DNA from: Nitrospinaceae bacterium
Lineage (GTDB): Bacteria; Nitrospinota; Nitrospinia; Nitrospinales; VA-1
Length of the DNA: 38,394 nucleotides
Direction of reading: 5' to 3'
NCBI GenBank assembly: GCA_046754465.1
Contig: JBHHVU010000030.1
Coordinates: 1-38,394 of the forward strand
Position 1 is the stretch's first letter. Each line of letters begins with the position of its first letter. The notes under the pieces are model-generated. The model was not told where the DNA came from and ran no database searches. It worked only from the letters and a program-made list of their open reading frames with translations. Shown piece by piece: positions 28,975 through 37,949 of the stretch. A program made the translations under genes and the position numbers.

Positions 28975-29025
28975 GCCGCTCTCCCCGGCCGACCTTTTGG
29001 AATGTCCCGCGTTTGGACCATGAAA

Positions 29026-30705
29026 TCAAATCCTGTTGATGAGGGTATCAAATAATTCGTCAACGACTCCGATCATTCGGGCGGAGGCGTTGAACGCCTG
29101 TTGAAACTTGATCAGGCGAATCATCTCCTCGTCGATGGAAACACCTGAGATGCTTTCCCGGCGGTTGTTGAGCTGCAAGAGCACTCCCTCCTGCTGGTTG
29201 ACCCCAGCCTGGGCCGATAACGACTGGATACCTATGGTGCTGACGATAGCGTTATAAAACTCGTCGAAGGTGAAAGCACCCGATCCGGCCTGCAGGGTAA
29301 GGCTGTTGAAGTTGAGATTTTGTTGCAGGGCGGCTAAGTCCAGTGCGTTGTTTCCATCGTTATTGGTGGATTTGGCGGCCGCGATTTTCCGGGAATCCCC
29401 AAGCACCTGCGTGGAAACAGACAATTTAGCGGCGGCGTCTTCCGACGTGGAAAACTTGAATCGGTCGCCCGCCGCACCCGACCCGGTGATGGTGACCGCC
29501 AGCCCCCCCGCCAGGTTGAACGTGGAACCGGAAGTGAAGGTGAAAGTCCCGGAAGCGAAACCGGTGGTCAGGTTATTCAAGGTGAAGGCGTTGGCGCCGG
29601 TGAAAGAAATTTCATACTGGTCGACCGAGGCCGTAGGCGAACCGGGGTTCTGTATGGAGACCTGCGCGGTGCCCGTATTCTGGATGTTGGTAAAAACTGT
29701 CGGTTGCAGGGGCGTGAAAAAATTCACTCCCGTGCCACCGTCCAATCCAAACCCCTGCTGGTGGACTCGGTTGAACTCCCGGGCGATTCCCGCCGCCAGC
29801 CGATCCAGCTTGTCCTTGATGGAGGCGATCTCGGTATCCCGCATGTCGAGGTAGCCGCGCAGTTCGCCCCCCTGGATGCCAGAGGTGACGTTGACCGTAC
29901 CGCCCGCCCCATCGCTGACAAAAACATCGAGGAACGATTTATTATTTCCGTTCAACCCCGTGCTGAGGTTAAAGACTGTATCCTTGAGCACCAGGGGCGT
30001 GCCGTCCCGCAGGGTCAGGCTGATCTGCCCGTCGGATTCACTGACCAGGGTGATGTCAATTTTTTCTGACAAATCCTTGACCAGCATGTCCCTTCGGTCC
30101 CTAAGATCGTTGGCAGTGAATTGGCCCGGTTCGTTGGCGTGGATGGCCAGGTTCAACTTCGCGATTTCCTGGGTCAGGGAATTGATCTGGGAGACCTTGT
30201 CACTGATAATCGCGTCGATGTCCCTCTGGATTTTGAACAAGCCTTCACCCAAGTTGTTGAAGTCCGTGGCCAGGGTCTGGGCCTTTGCAAGGAGATTTGC
30301 CCGTTCAGGCAAACCCGTGGGGTTGGTGGAAAGGTCCTGCAGGCCAGCGAAGAACTCACTCAAATCGCTGTTCAGGCTTCGGCCCTGGTTTTCGTTGAAC
30401 AGGATTTCCAATTGGTCGAACACATCTTTCCGGACTTTGAAATTTCCCGTGGGGTCCCCTTCCGCCAGAATCTGCAGAAACAAAAACTGGTCGTGGATCC
30501 GCTCGATTCCGCTGACCCTTACCCCGGTCCCCAGTTGTCCCTGGGCGACGGACCGAGGAGTATTCGCTTCCAGAATCACATCCTGCCGGGAAAATCCTTC
30601 CGTCTGCACGTTGGCGATATTTTGTCCGGTCACCTCGATCGCCAGCTGCTGGGACAACAGGCCCAGCTTGGATGTATTCAATATGCTGAAAATGTTCGCG
30701 GTCAT
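29026..30705 (-). CDS. flgK: Flagellar hook-associated protein 1
   Basis: TGQNIANVQTEGFSRQ, LGTGV, ANDLRDRRD, SGVSIDEEM...FQQAFNASAR. Confidence 0.95.
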   Translation of the reverse strand: MTANIFSILNTSKLGLLSQQLAIEVTGQNIANVQTEGFSRQDVILEANTPRSVAQGQLGTGVRVSGIERIHDQFLFLQILAEGDPTGNFKVRKDVFDQLEILFNENQGRSLNSDLSEFFAGLQDLSTNPTGLPERANLLAKAQTLATDFNNLGEGLFKIQRDIDAIISDKVSQINSLTQEIAKLNLAIHANEPGQFTANDLRDRRDMLVKDLSEKIDITLVSESDGQISLTLRDGTPLVLKDTVFNLSTGLNGNNKSFLDVFVSDGAGGTVNVTSGIQGGELRGYLDMRDTEIASIKDKLDRLAAGIAREFNRVHQQGFGLDGGTGVNFFTPLQPTVFTNIQNTGTAQVSIQNPGSPTASVDQYEISFTGANAFTLNNLTTGFASGTFTFTSGSTFNLAGGLAVTITGSGAAGDRFKFSTSEDAAAKLSVSTQVLGDSRKIAAAKSTNNDGNNALDLAALQQNLNFNSLTLQAGSGAFTFDEFYNAIVSTIGIQSLSAQAGVNQQEGVLLQLNNRRESISGVSIDEEMIRLIKFQQAFNASARMIGVVDELFDTLINRI

Positions 30706-30738
30706 AACAGTGTTCGCCGGAGAAAGATCAATCCCTGG

Positions 30739-31242
30739 TCAGGCGTCCAGGCTCAGCATTCTGCCCTGCAACGCGCCCTGCTTCAATTTGCCATCCGAAT
30801 GGTAGGGCGAAACCGCCGATTCATCCGCGGAATGGATAAAGGCCATGGATTTCTTCAGGGACAACGAAGATTGGTTCATCAAACTTTTTATCCGGTCATG
30901 CAATTCATTGATGGTTGCAATTTGCGAAAGCAGTTTTGTTCGTTTGTGGGCCAGCATTTCGTTCACGGGATCCGGGTGAATCTGGATCAATTTTTTCAGA
31001 GTCAATCCGGGCCCGGCGAATCCCAGTCTCTTTTCAATCTTCTGCATGAGAACCGAGCGGTCCTGTTCCAGCTTCTGCATTTTCTCCACCAGGTCTTCTT
31101 TCTCCGCCAGGATTTCGGTCAGCGGGCCCAGGGAATAATCGGTGATGCACTTCCATTGTTGCCGGAGGAGAAGAATAAACTTTTCGTAAAGATCGATTTT
31201 CCTTCCAATCAAAATATTCAGATCCCGGATCAACTTGTTCAT
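30739..31242 (-). CDS. flgN: Flagellar export chaperone FlgN
   Basis: Helical 167-aa protein directly upstream of flgK, with a C-terminal Y...G..K motif. Confidence 0.8.
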   Translation of the reverse strand: MNKLIRDLNILIGRKIDLYEKFILLLRQQWKCITDYSLGPLTEILAEKEDLVEKMQKLEQDRSVLMQKIEKRLGFAGPGLTLKKLIQIHPDPVNEMLAHKRTKLLSQIATINELHDRIKSLMNQSSLSLKKSMAFIHSADESAVSPYHSDGKLKQGALQGRMLSLDA

Positions 31243-31263
31243 CGTTTAATCTCCTTGCACGGC

Positions 31264-31374
31264 GGCGGAGTGCCTCCGGCGGCGAACCGCCGCTGGCAGT
31301 ATTGTCATACTTTATATGGGGGACCCAGGTTAACGAACGGTTTGGATGGTCCCATTTCCCTCCCCCGTGGCGGG
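31264..31374 (-). repeat. Modular intergenic repeat overlapping the flgJ 3' end
   Basis: CCCGC-CAC-GGGGG, GAAATGGGACCATCCAAACCG, GTCCCCCATATAAAGTATGACAATA, GGCGG-TTCG-CCGCC, CGGAG-GCA-CTCCG. Confidence 0.87.
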
Positions 31375-31728
31375 TGCCTTTCCATTGTCTTGAAGGGCCT
31401 GGCGCTCACGGCTCAACTGTTGATAAAGAATCTCGGACAACCCCATTCCTTTCTCCTGGGAAATTTCCTTGGACACTTCTTCGTCGAACATCGACTGGTA
31501 CATGTCCAGCGAGAAACTGTCCATGAACCCAGATTTTGGGATGGTGTTTCTCATGGACTTCAAAAGCAAGTTTACGAAAATGGCTTCAAACTGGTTGGCG
31601 AGTTGTTGCAGTTCCTGGTCCGATTTGGTTTCGAGAGATTGGCCCTCATTCTTTATCTGGCCCAACTTATAATCGGACAATCGGTCCAAGGCGTTTTCCT
31701 GAACCTTCAAGGTGGCCAAACTTTCCAT
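31330..31728 (-). CDS. flgJ: Rod-binding protein (single-domain FlgJ)
   Basis: ANQFEAIFVNLLLKSMRNT...YQSMFDEE...GMGLSEILYQQL. No muramidase domain. Confidence 0.88.
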   Translation of the reverse strand: MESLATLKVQENALDRLSDYKLGQIKNEGQSLETKSDQELQQLANQFEAIFVNLLLKSMRNTIPKSGFMDSFSLDMYQSMFDEEVSKEISQEKGMGLSEILYQQLSRERQALQDNGKAPATGEGNGTIQTVR

Positions 31729-31786
31729 TACTTTCCTTAATTTTCAATAGATTAGAGATTGAGGTTTTCCCTCATACCCTATGAAT

Positions 31787-31802
31787 TGCAATCTACATAC
31801 CA
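31787..31802 (-). promoter_or_regulatory. Sigma54 (-24/-12) promoter of flgJ-flgN-flgK-flgL
   Basis: Minus strand TGGTATGTAGATTGCA (GG-N10-GC). Confidence 0.7.
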
Positions 31803-31973
31803 AACCCCTCCCCCAAACGGGCATGGTGGCGAATCCCCATAAATAACCATGAATGAAATAGTTTCCAGAAAGGGGCTTAAGGAGTAAGCCCCGCCTCAGG
31901 GCGGCCGGGTACCCTGTGACCGGGAAGGGGAGGAAAAATTTTCCCCTTTCAGGCGGGAATGGCCCGATTCAAA

Positions 31974-33098
31974 TCAAATAATGTCCAGTTCCGCGTGCAG
32001 GGCGCCCGATGCCTTGATCGCTTGAAGGATGGCGATCAAATCCCGGGGCGATACCCCGATGGCATTGAGTCCGTTAACCACCTGCCCCAGTGAAATGCTT
32101 TTAGGCACGATGAGCAGCCGGTCTTCCCCTTCTTTTACGGTCAGGCGGGTACGCGGAACAACCGTCGTCTGCCCCTGGGGCGACAGGGGAGGCGGTTGGG
32201 AAACAATGGGTTCCTCGGTGATCTGGACAAACAGGCTTCCGTGAGCCACCGCGACCGAGGAAATCATGACATTTTCACCCATCACCACCGTGCCGGTGCG
32301 TTCATCCAGGATCACCCGGGCCACATTATCGGGTTCCACGTTCAGCGACTCGATCTTGGTGATAAACGAAGAAGGGTTGCCCTTGTAAAACGGAGGGATC
32401 CCTACTCTCACGGTTCGTCCATCCAAGGTCGAAGCAAACATATCCTTCAGGGAATCGTTGATGGCCCGCGAAATTCTGCTGGCAGTGGTGAAGTCGGTAT
32501 TTTTCAGAGTGAGAAAGATTTCCTCCTTTAAATTGAAGGTATGGGGCAGTTCCCGTTCCACCATGGCGCCGCTGACGATTCTCGCAGCAGTCTGATGATT
32601 TTTTTGTACGCCCCGGGCCTGTCCCTGGACGAAGAATCCGCCGATGGATAACGGCCCTTGCGCCACCGCGTAGGTTTTCCCGTCGGGCCCCTTGAGCGCC
32701 GTCATGAGGAGAGTGCCCCCTTGCAGACTCTTGGCATCGCCGAGGGATGAGGCGATCGCGTCGATTTGCTCTCCCTGCCGGGCGAAAGGGGGGAGGTTGG
32801 CCGTCACCATCACCGTGGCCACGTTCTTGAATTTCAACTGATCCACTTCCTGCGAAGGAATGGTAATGCCCATCTTGGAGAGCATGTTCACCATGGTCTG
32901 AATCGAGAAGAAAACATTGGTGGCGCTGTCCCCCGTACCCGCCAGGCCGATGACCAGGCCGAAGCCGATCAACTGGTTGCTGCGCACGCCCTGAATACCG
33001 GCCAGATCCTTGATCCGCACCCCGTAAGCCGGGCTGGAGGCAAGAAGGAAAATAAAAAAACCCAAAAAAATCCTCAAACGTATCGAGTAGATAAACAT
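31974..33098 (-). CDS. flgI: Flagellar P-ring protein
   Basis: RIKDLA..GVRSNQLIGFGLVIGLAGTGD, GDAKSLQGGTLL, ILQAIKASGALHAEL. Confidence 0.97.
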   Translation of the reverse strand: MFIYSIRLRIFLGFFIFLLASSPAYGVRIKDLAGIQGVRSNQLIGFGLVIGLAGTGDSATNVFFSIQTMVNMLSKMGITIPSQEVDQLKFKNVATVMVTANLPPFARQGEQIDAIASSLGDAKSLQGGTLLMTALKGPDGKTYAVAQGPLSIGGFFVQGQARGVQKNHQTAARIVSGAMVERELPHTFNLKEEIFLTLKNTDFTTASRISRAINDSLKDMFASTLDGRTVRVGIPPFYKGNPSSFITKIESLNVEPDNVARVILDERTGTVVMGENVMISSVAVAHGSLFVQITEEPIVSQPPPLSPQGQTTVVPRTRLTVKEGEDRLLIVPKSISLGQVVNGLNAIGVSPRDLIAILQAIKASGALHAELDII

Positions 33099-33120
33099 AC
33101 TTTTCGCAATCCCTTCTCGT

Positions 33121-33723
33121 TTATTGAACTGTGACCGAGGTCGATCCGGTATTGCCCAGGGAGTCGACGACCGAGATAGTTTCCGTGCCGGCTGCGACGG
33201 CCGAAAAGACCCCGGTATTGAGATCGATGGTGCCGACGGCGGTTCCCGTGGTGGTCCAGAAGAAAGGCGCCGTTCCTCCCACCGCGGTGAAAGTCAAGGT
33301 GCCGCCTACCGCCACGATAGAGCTGGACGGGCTGACGCCGATGGTGGTATTCGCCAGTACCGTCACGGTGCCGGTCCCGGTGCTTCCCGTGGCATCTGTT
33401 GCCGTAACCGTCGCCGTGCCCGCCGTATTCGCCGCCGTGAAAACTCCGGTGGCTGCGTCAATAGTGCCGACCGTCGTGGTGGCGATTGACCAGGAAAAAG
33501 GGGTGATGCCCCCCTTGGCGGTGAACGTCAAGGTCCCCAGTTTCTGAACCTGGCCGCTGGCGGGAAAAACCTGGATCGTGGAAAAGGCCGGGCCCAGGGG
33601 GGTACCGTCGTTGATGTCATTGCTGCAGGACAGCACCCACAAAACGGCGGCGGCCGGGAGCAGGTATCCCCCTAGCCTGAAAAATTCAAAGGATGCGTTA
33701 CGTTGTTTTCTGGAAGGCCGCAT
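33121..33723 (-). CDS. Lipoprotein with two Ig-like (Big_2-like) repeats
   Basis: VLSC lipobox. Two ~80-aa repeats LTFTA.GG..PF.W....VGTID..TGVF.A...GT.T....D..G.TG...VTV. Confidence 0.78.
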   Translation of the reverse strand: MRPSRKQRNASFEFFRLGGYLLPAAAVLWVLSCSNDINDGTPLGPAFSTIQVFPASGQVQKLGTLTFTAKGGITPFSWSIATTTVGTIDAATGVFTAANTAGTATVTATDATGSTGTGTVTVLANTTIGVSPSSSIVAVGGTLTFTAVGGTAPFFWTTTGTAVGTIDLNTGVFSAVAAGTETISVVDSLGNTGSTSVTVQ

Positions 33724-33737
33724 GAATTCCCGGCGCC

Positions 33738-34133
33738 TTAAAAAGTGACGATCGGCACCGCCGTGGTGGCGCTGACGTTGTCCACGGTGGCCACGACAAA
33801 AGCCAGGCCCGTGGTTTTTCCTGAGGTAAGCGTTGTCGCCGCCGCCCCGTTGGCCGTGGTCAACGAGGTGCTCCCCAGGGTGCCCAGGGAGGTGGTCAAC
33901 GTGACCGTGGCGCCGTCGACGGGTTGCCCGCTGCTAGTGAACACTTCCACGCGAATGGTGGCCTGGCTGGACCCATCCGCCGCCAGTCCGGCATTGCCGA
34001 AGACCGCCGAAACCCCCACCAATTGTCCCGACGACCCCGGCCCCACCACATTATCCACGGGAGCTTGACACGCCGTTAGAACACAGGCCATTATCAGAAG
34101 GTTGCAAATTCCTTCTTTGAGTGAAAAGTCCAT
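33738..34133 (-). CDS. Lipoprotein with Ig-like (Big_1/invasin-like) domain
   Basis: GGGG RBS, LTAC lipobox, ADGSSQATIRV...GQPVDGATVTLTT.LGTL....TT.NG.A...LTS. Confidence 0.78.
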   Translation of the reverse strand: MDFSLKEGICNLLIMACVLTACQAPVDNVVGPGSSGQLVGVSAVFGNAGLAADGSSQATIRVEVFTSSGQPVDGATVTLTTSLGTLGSTSLTTANGAAATTLTSGKTTGLAFVVATVDNVSATTAVPIVTF

Positions 34134-34141
34134 GAGCCCCC

Positions 34142-34879
34142 CTAAAAGGGCCAAATGTAGGAGATAAACCTGTTGGCCCAACCCACCCGCTGTTCGTCGG
34201 CAACCACCCCTTCGCCCGTGTAGGTGATCGATGCGTTGGCAATCAACTGGGATGATATGGTATTTTTAAAATTGATATCCACAGGCCGGATGGTTCCCCG
34301 GAGGATCATAATCTGCTCTTCGTTGTTTACGGTTACGGAGCGGGTGGCTTCAATGACAAAATTACCGTTTGGGAGAACATCAATAATGGTCGCGGCAAGA
34401 GTGGCTTTCAATTTTCCTTCCCGGGTGACCTTGCCCGTTCCCTTGTTCGATCGATCGAATTTGGTTTTTACTTTCGGAGAGAACTGGGCGCCCGATCCCA
34501 GAAAATTCTGAATCCCCAGGTTACTGGGCAGGCCCAGGAAACTTTCCGCCAGAATATCGTTTTCCGATTTTTTGGAGGTATCCGTGGTCGCCGATTGGGT
34601 GGAAGACGCGCTTTCATCAATAATGACGGTCACGATGTCTCCCAGATTCCTGGCTTTGGTATCGACGAACAGGAGATTATTCGAGGTGTCGCCCGGCCAA
34701 ATCGCCCCATCGGCCCGTTTCGGGGGAGGGGGCTGGTAAAGCCGGTTGGGCACCACCGCCGATGCCGGGTCCACCGCCCGATACGACTTGGCGCAGGAGA
34801 CCAGCATTAACGCCATCAATCCCACCGCCAGGGCAAACACCCCATTCCTTCCCCATAATTTCAATTCCGATCCTGTCAT
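34142..34879 (-). CDS. flgH: Flagellar L-ring lipoprotein
   Basis: LVSC lipobox, DTKARNLGDIVTV, VLPNGNFVI, GTIRPVDI, C-terminal WPF. ATG overlaps the flgA stop. Confidence 0.95.
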   Translation of the reverse strand: MTGSELKLWGRNGVFALAVGLMALMLVSCAKSYRAVDPASAVVPNRLYQPPPPKRADGAIWPGDTSNNLLFVDTKARNLGDIVTVIIDESASSTQSATTDTSKKSENDILAESFLGLPSNLGIQNFLGSGAQFSPKVKTKFDRSNKGTGKVTREGKLKATLAATIIDVLPNGNFVIEATRSVTVNNEEQIMILRGTIRPVDINFKNTISSQLIANASITYTGEGVVADEQRVGWANRFISYIWPF

Positions 34880-35622
34880 TAGAAATTCACCCGCACCGTG
34901 TTGGCATCGACCACCCATCCAAACACCGTTTTTTTGCTTTGCACATTGAGGACCTGGACCATGCTGTCCTTGAATCCCTTTTCCTTGGCGATACCCGGCG
35001 CGGTGATTCTCATCCTTCCTTTTTCAGCGATCAAAACCACCGGGTCTCCCTTTTTCAGCAAGGGGTGTTTGCGAAGGGAATTCAAGGTCACCATTCTTCC
35101 CTTTTGCAAGTTTCTCCGCGCCTCATAACCCACCACCTCGGCGAGATTGCCGGCCACATGCTGCACCAATCGGTCGGTGCGGATTTTTTTGATCTCCACG
35201 TCGGCGGGTTTCAGGATCGCCCCCCGCTTGATCGAATTCCGGGTTTGGACCACCTCCTGAATCACCGTGACATGGGCGGTCAGTCTCAACCGCCTTTTGA
35301 AAATACCGTCGACCCGGATTTCCAGGCTTATGGGTATGCGTCCCAGCCGGGCCGTTCCGCCGGAAAGGCGGTACCTCAATTCCAGGTTGCCCTCGGGAAG
35401 TACCATATCCTTTCCATGGTAACTCACCACGACATCCATCGATTCCTGCTCCCAGGGGAGCCGTTGAGAGAGGAACCCGGCCGCTCCTTTTTTAATGACT
35501 TGCGGGGTAAGGATCTGGGTACCGGAAGCGGCGGCGTGGGCGGTGCCAGCCAGGGGGAGAAAAATGAAACACACCATCCCGGAAAACAAAAGCAATATTC
35601 GGAAAAAACACCAGGGTTTCAT
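34879..35622 (-). CDS. flgA: P-ring formation chaperone FlgA
   Basis: Signal peptide, SAF domain, LLKKGDPV...ITAPGIAKEKG...VQVLNVQSKK. Start 35622-35640. Confidence 0.9.
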   Translation of the reverse strand: MKPWCFFRILLLFSGMVCFIFLPLAGTAHAAASGTQILTPQVIKKGAAGFLSQRLPWEQESMDVVVSYHGKDMVLPEGNLELRYRLSGGTARLGRIPISLEIRVDGIFKRRLRLTAHVTVIQEVVQTRNSIKRGAILKPADVEIKKIRTDRLVQHVAGNLAEVVGYEARRNLQKGRMVTLNSLRKHPLLKKGDPVVLIAEKGRMRITAPGIAKEKGFKDSMVQVLNVQSKKTVFGWVVDANTVRVNF

Positions 35623-35640
35623 TGTTCCTTTCACGTTCAA

Positions 35641-36429
35641 TTATCTCTTCATGTTATTCGCGATCTGAAGCATTTCGTCCGCAGTCTGAACGGTTCTTGA
35701 ATTGACCTCATAGGCGCGCTGGGCCGAGATCAGGTTTACCAGTTCTTCGACGACGCTCACGTTGGAAAGTTCGAGGAAACCTTGTTGAAGCGTTCCCCGG
35801 TCATCGATTCCCGGGTTCCCGATGGCGGGTGTTCCTGACGCGTCCGTTTCGACAAAAAGGTTGAATCCCACCGATTGCAGTCCGGCCTCATTTTGAAAAG
35901 TGGCCAACTGGATCGTTCCCACAACCGTGGGCGCCGTGGCGCCCGGCTGGGTGACCGCTACACTGCCCTGCGGGTCGATGGAAATTTGCAGGGCGTCGGG
36001 TGGAATGGTGAGCGCCGGCTCCAGGGGAAGACCGTCCGCCGTTACGATTTGTCCTGAGTTATCCAACTTTAACGACCCCGCCCGTGTATAGGCGATCGTT
36101 CCATCCGCCTGGGATATCTGGAAAAATCCTCTTCCCTGAACGGCGATGTCCAGGGGGTTTTGGGTCTGGGTAAAATCCCCCTGCAAAAATATCTTCTGAA
36201 TGGCCGCCGTTTTCGTTCCCAACCCCAGTTGCGCCCCCGTGGGAACCTGGTTCCCGTTGGGCGAGAGTGTTCCCACCAGACGAAGGTTCTGGTAAAGCAG
36301 GTCCTGAAACTCCGGCCGGCTTCTTTTGAATCCGACGGTATTTACGTTTGCCAGGTTATTGGAAATCGCGCTGACATTGAGTTCCTGGGCGTTCATTCCA
36401 GTCGCGGCAGTGTAGAGAGCACGAATCAT
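35641..36429 (-). CDS. flgG: Flagellar basal-body rod protein FlgG
   Basis: [52 protein letters not shown]. Confidence 0.97.
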   Translation of the reverse strand: MIRALYTAATGMNAQELNVSAISNNLANVNTVGFKRSRPEFQDLLYQNLRLVGTLSPNGNQVPTGAQLGLGTKTAAIQKIFLQGDFTQTQNPLDIAVQGRGFFQISQADGTIAYTRAGSLKLDNSGQIVTADGLPLEPALTIPPDALQISIDPQGSVAVTQPGATAPTVVGTIQLATFQNEAGLQSVGFNLFVETDASGTPAIGNPGIDDRGTLQQGFLELSNVSVVEELVNLISAQRAYEVNSRTVQTADEMLQIANNMKR

Positions 36430-36495
36430 ACTTCCCGATCCTTTCTGTTTACTGTTCGATCCTTCTAATTCTTTTCGATAGAATTTTTAATCCCG

Positions 36496-37284
36496 TCAGC
36501 CGATTCGCCCGAGTGTGTTCACGGACAGGTCATCCGCCTGATCGATCGACTGAATCACTTTCTGGTAAGCTTCGAAGGCGCGCAGGGTGGTGATCATCTC
36601 CGTCATTTCTTGCACCGGGTTGACGTTGGAAGCTTCCAGAAAACCCTGACGGATATATAATTTTTCCGGGGTCTTTTCCTTGGTTCCCGCGGAGGAAAGG
36701 CGGAGCAATCCACCCCCCTCCTTAACCAACGCCGAAGGATTCTCGAAATTGACGAGCTTGAATTCTCCCGAAGGAACGTTTTCTAATCCCCTACCCACCG
36801 AAATATTCCCCGAGGCATCGACCGAAAGTTGGCCTCCGGCTAAATCTATTTTTATAGGTTTTCCGTTTCTTCCCAGCACCGCGTAACCGTTCTGGTTGAT
36901 CACATGGCCCTCAGGATCCAATTTGAAATTGCCGTCGCGGGTATAACGGACTCCCTGTGGAGTCTTAAGAACCAAATAACCGTCTCCTTCCAGGGCAAAG
37001 TCCAAGGTATTACCAGTGGGCCGCAGGGACCCCTGGGAGTTGTCGGTAAAAAACCTCGAGATGCCCACGTAAGAAACATTCAAGTTCGATTCCTGAAAGG
37101 GCCTGGGAATTTCACGCGCCGCCTGCAACGCCGCCGGATTGAATGGGGGGATCATTTCCTGGAAAACCATGCCATCCTTCTTGAAACCCGTGTTCCCCAG
37201 GTTGGCCAGGTTGTTGGCGATAATTTGAAGTTTTCTTTCAAGTTTAAATGCCGCCGACGCGGTGACGGATATTCCTTCGTGCAC
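36496..37284 (-). CDS. flgF: Flagellar basal-body rod protein FlgF
   Basis: IANNLAN...GFK, YTRDGNF, LEASNVN, RAFEAYQK. GTG start after a GGGG RBS. Confidence 0.9.
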   Translation of the reverse strand: MHEGISVTASAAFKLERKLQIIANNLANLGNTGFKKDGMVFQEMIPPFNPAALQAAREIPRPFQESNLNVSYVGISRFFTDNSQGSLRPTGNTLDFALEGDGYLVLKTPQGVRYTRDGNFKLDPEGHVINQNGYAVLGRNGKPIKIDLAGGQLSVDASGNISVGRGLENVPSGEFKLVNFENPSALVKEGGGLLRLSSAGTKEKTPEKLYIRQGFLEASNVNPVQEMTEMITTLRAFEAYQKVIQSIDQADDLSVNTLGRIG

Positions 37285-37331
37285 GGTTTTATCCCCTTTT
37301 CTTTCCAAATGAACAGCCTCTCATGGGTGGG

Positions 37332-37347
37332 AGCAAAATCTATACCA
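37332..37347 (-). promoter_or_regulatory. Sigma54 (-24/-12) promoter of the flgF operon
   Basis: Minus strand TGGTATAGATTTTGCT (GG-N10-GC). Confidence 0.72.
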
Positions 37348-37628
37348 AATTTTTCTCACCGCGCCGGGCAACTCGAAACCCTTTATAAACGGCTGTTCCC
37401 AAACGCCTCCCATAGTTTCGTTGACACCCGACTTGAAAAAATTTCCGGTAACCTGGCTTGACTTCGGCAGTTTATTCCCATCCGGATCTTTACAATCGCC
37501 CGCCTTTTTACATTTAATTTTTCCTTAATATGAATCTTTTCCTCTCGTGATATAATCCAAAATTCATTGCGTCATCAGATCAAATTAACCGTCCGACCTG
37601 GACAAACGTGTATTGATGAGGAGCCAAT

Positions 37629-37949
37629 ATGGATACCATTTCCGTAGATGAATTGCATAACAGATTTGAAACGATGAATGACAATCACCTGATCCTCGAT
37701 GTCCGGACCCCCGAGGAATTCTCCGAAGGCCATATCAAGGGAGCTAAAAACACCCCTCACGAAGAAGTGGGTTCCATCGTGGAAGAACTCAGAAATTATC
37801 AAACCGTATACGTTCATTGCAAAATGGGCGGACGCGCCAAGATCGCCTCTGAAACCCTGATCAATTCCGGACTGGACAATATTATTTGCGTCGGGGACGG
37901 GGGCATGGAACGGTGGAAGAAAATGGGCTGGCCGGTCGATAAAGGTTGA
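37629..37949 (+). CDS. Single-domain rhodanese
   Basis: GAGGAG RBS, ILDVRTPEEF..GHIKGA, active-site HCKMGGRA, GGMERW. Confidence 0.92.
   Translation: MDTISVDELHNRFETMNDNHLILDVRTPEEFSEGHIKGAKNTPHEEVGSIVEELRNYQTVYVHCKMGGRAKIASETLINSGLDNIICVGDGGMERWKKMGWPVDKG

Noticed and set aside
30121..31740. 539-aa plus-strand ORF and other long antisense ORFs (703-1695, 1809-2825, 3331-4494, 7583-8731, 29876-30805)
   Set aside because: Shadow frames of well-supported genes on the opposite strand, expected at high GC, with no recognisable motifs.
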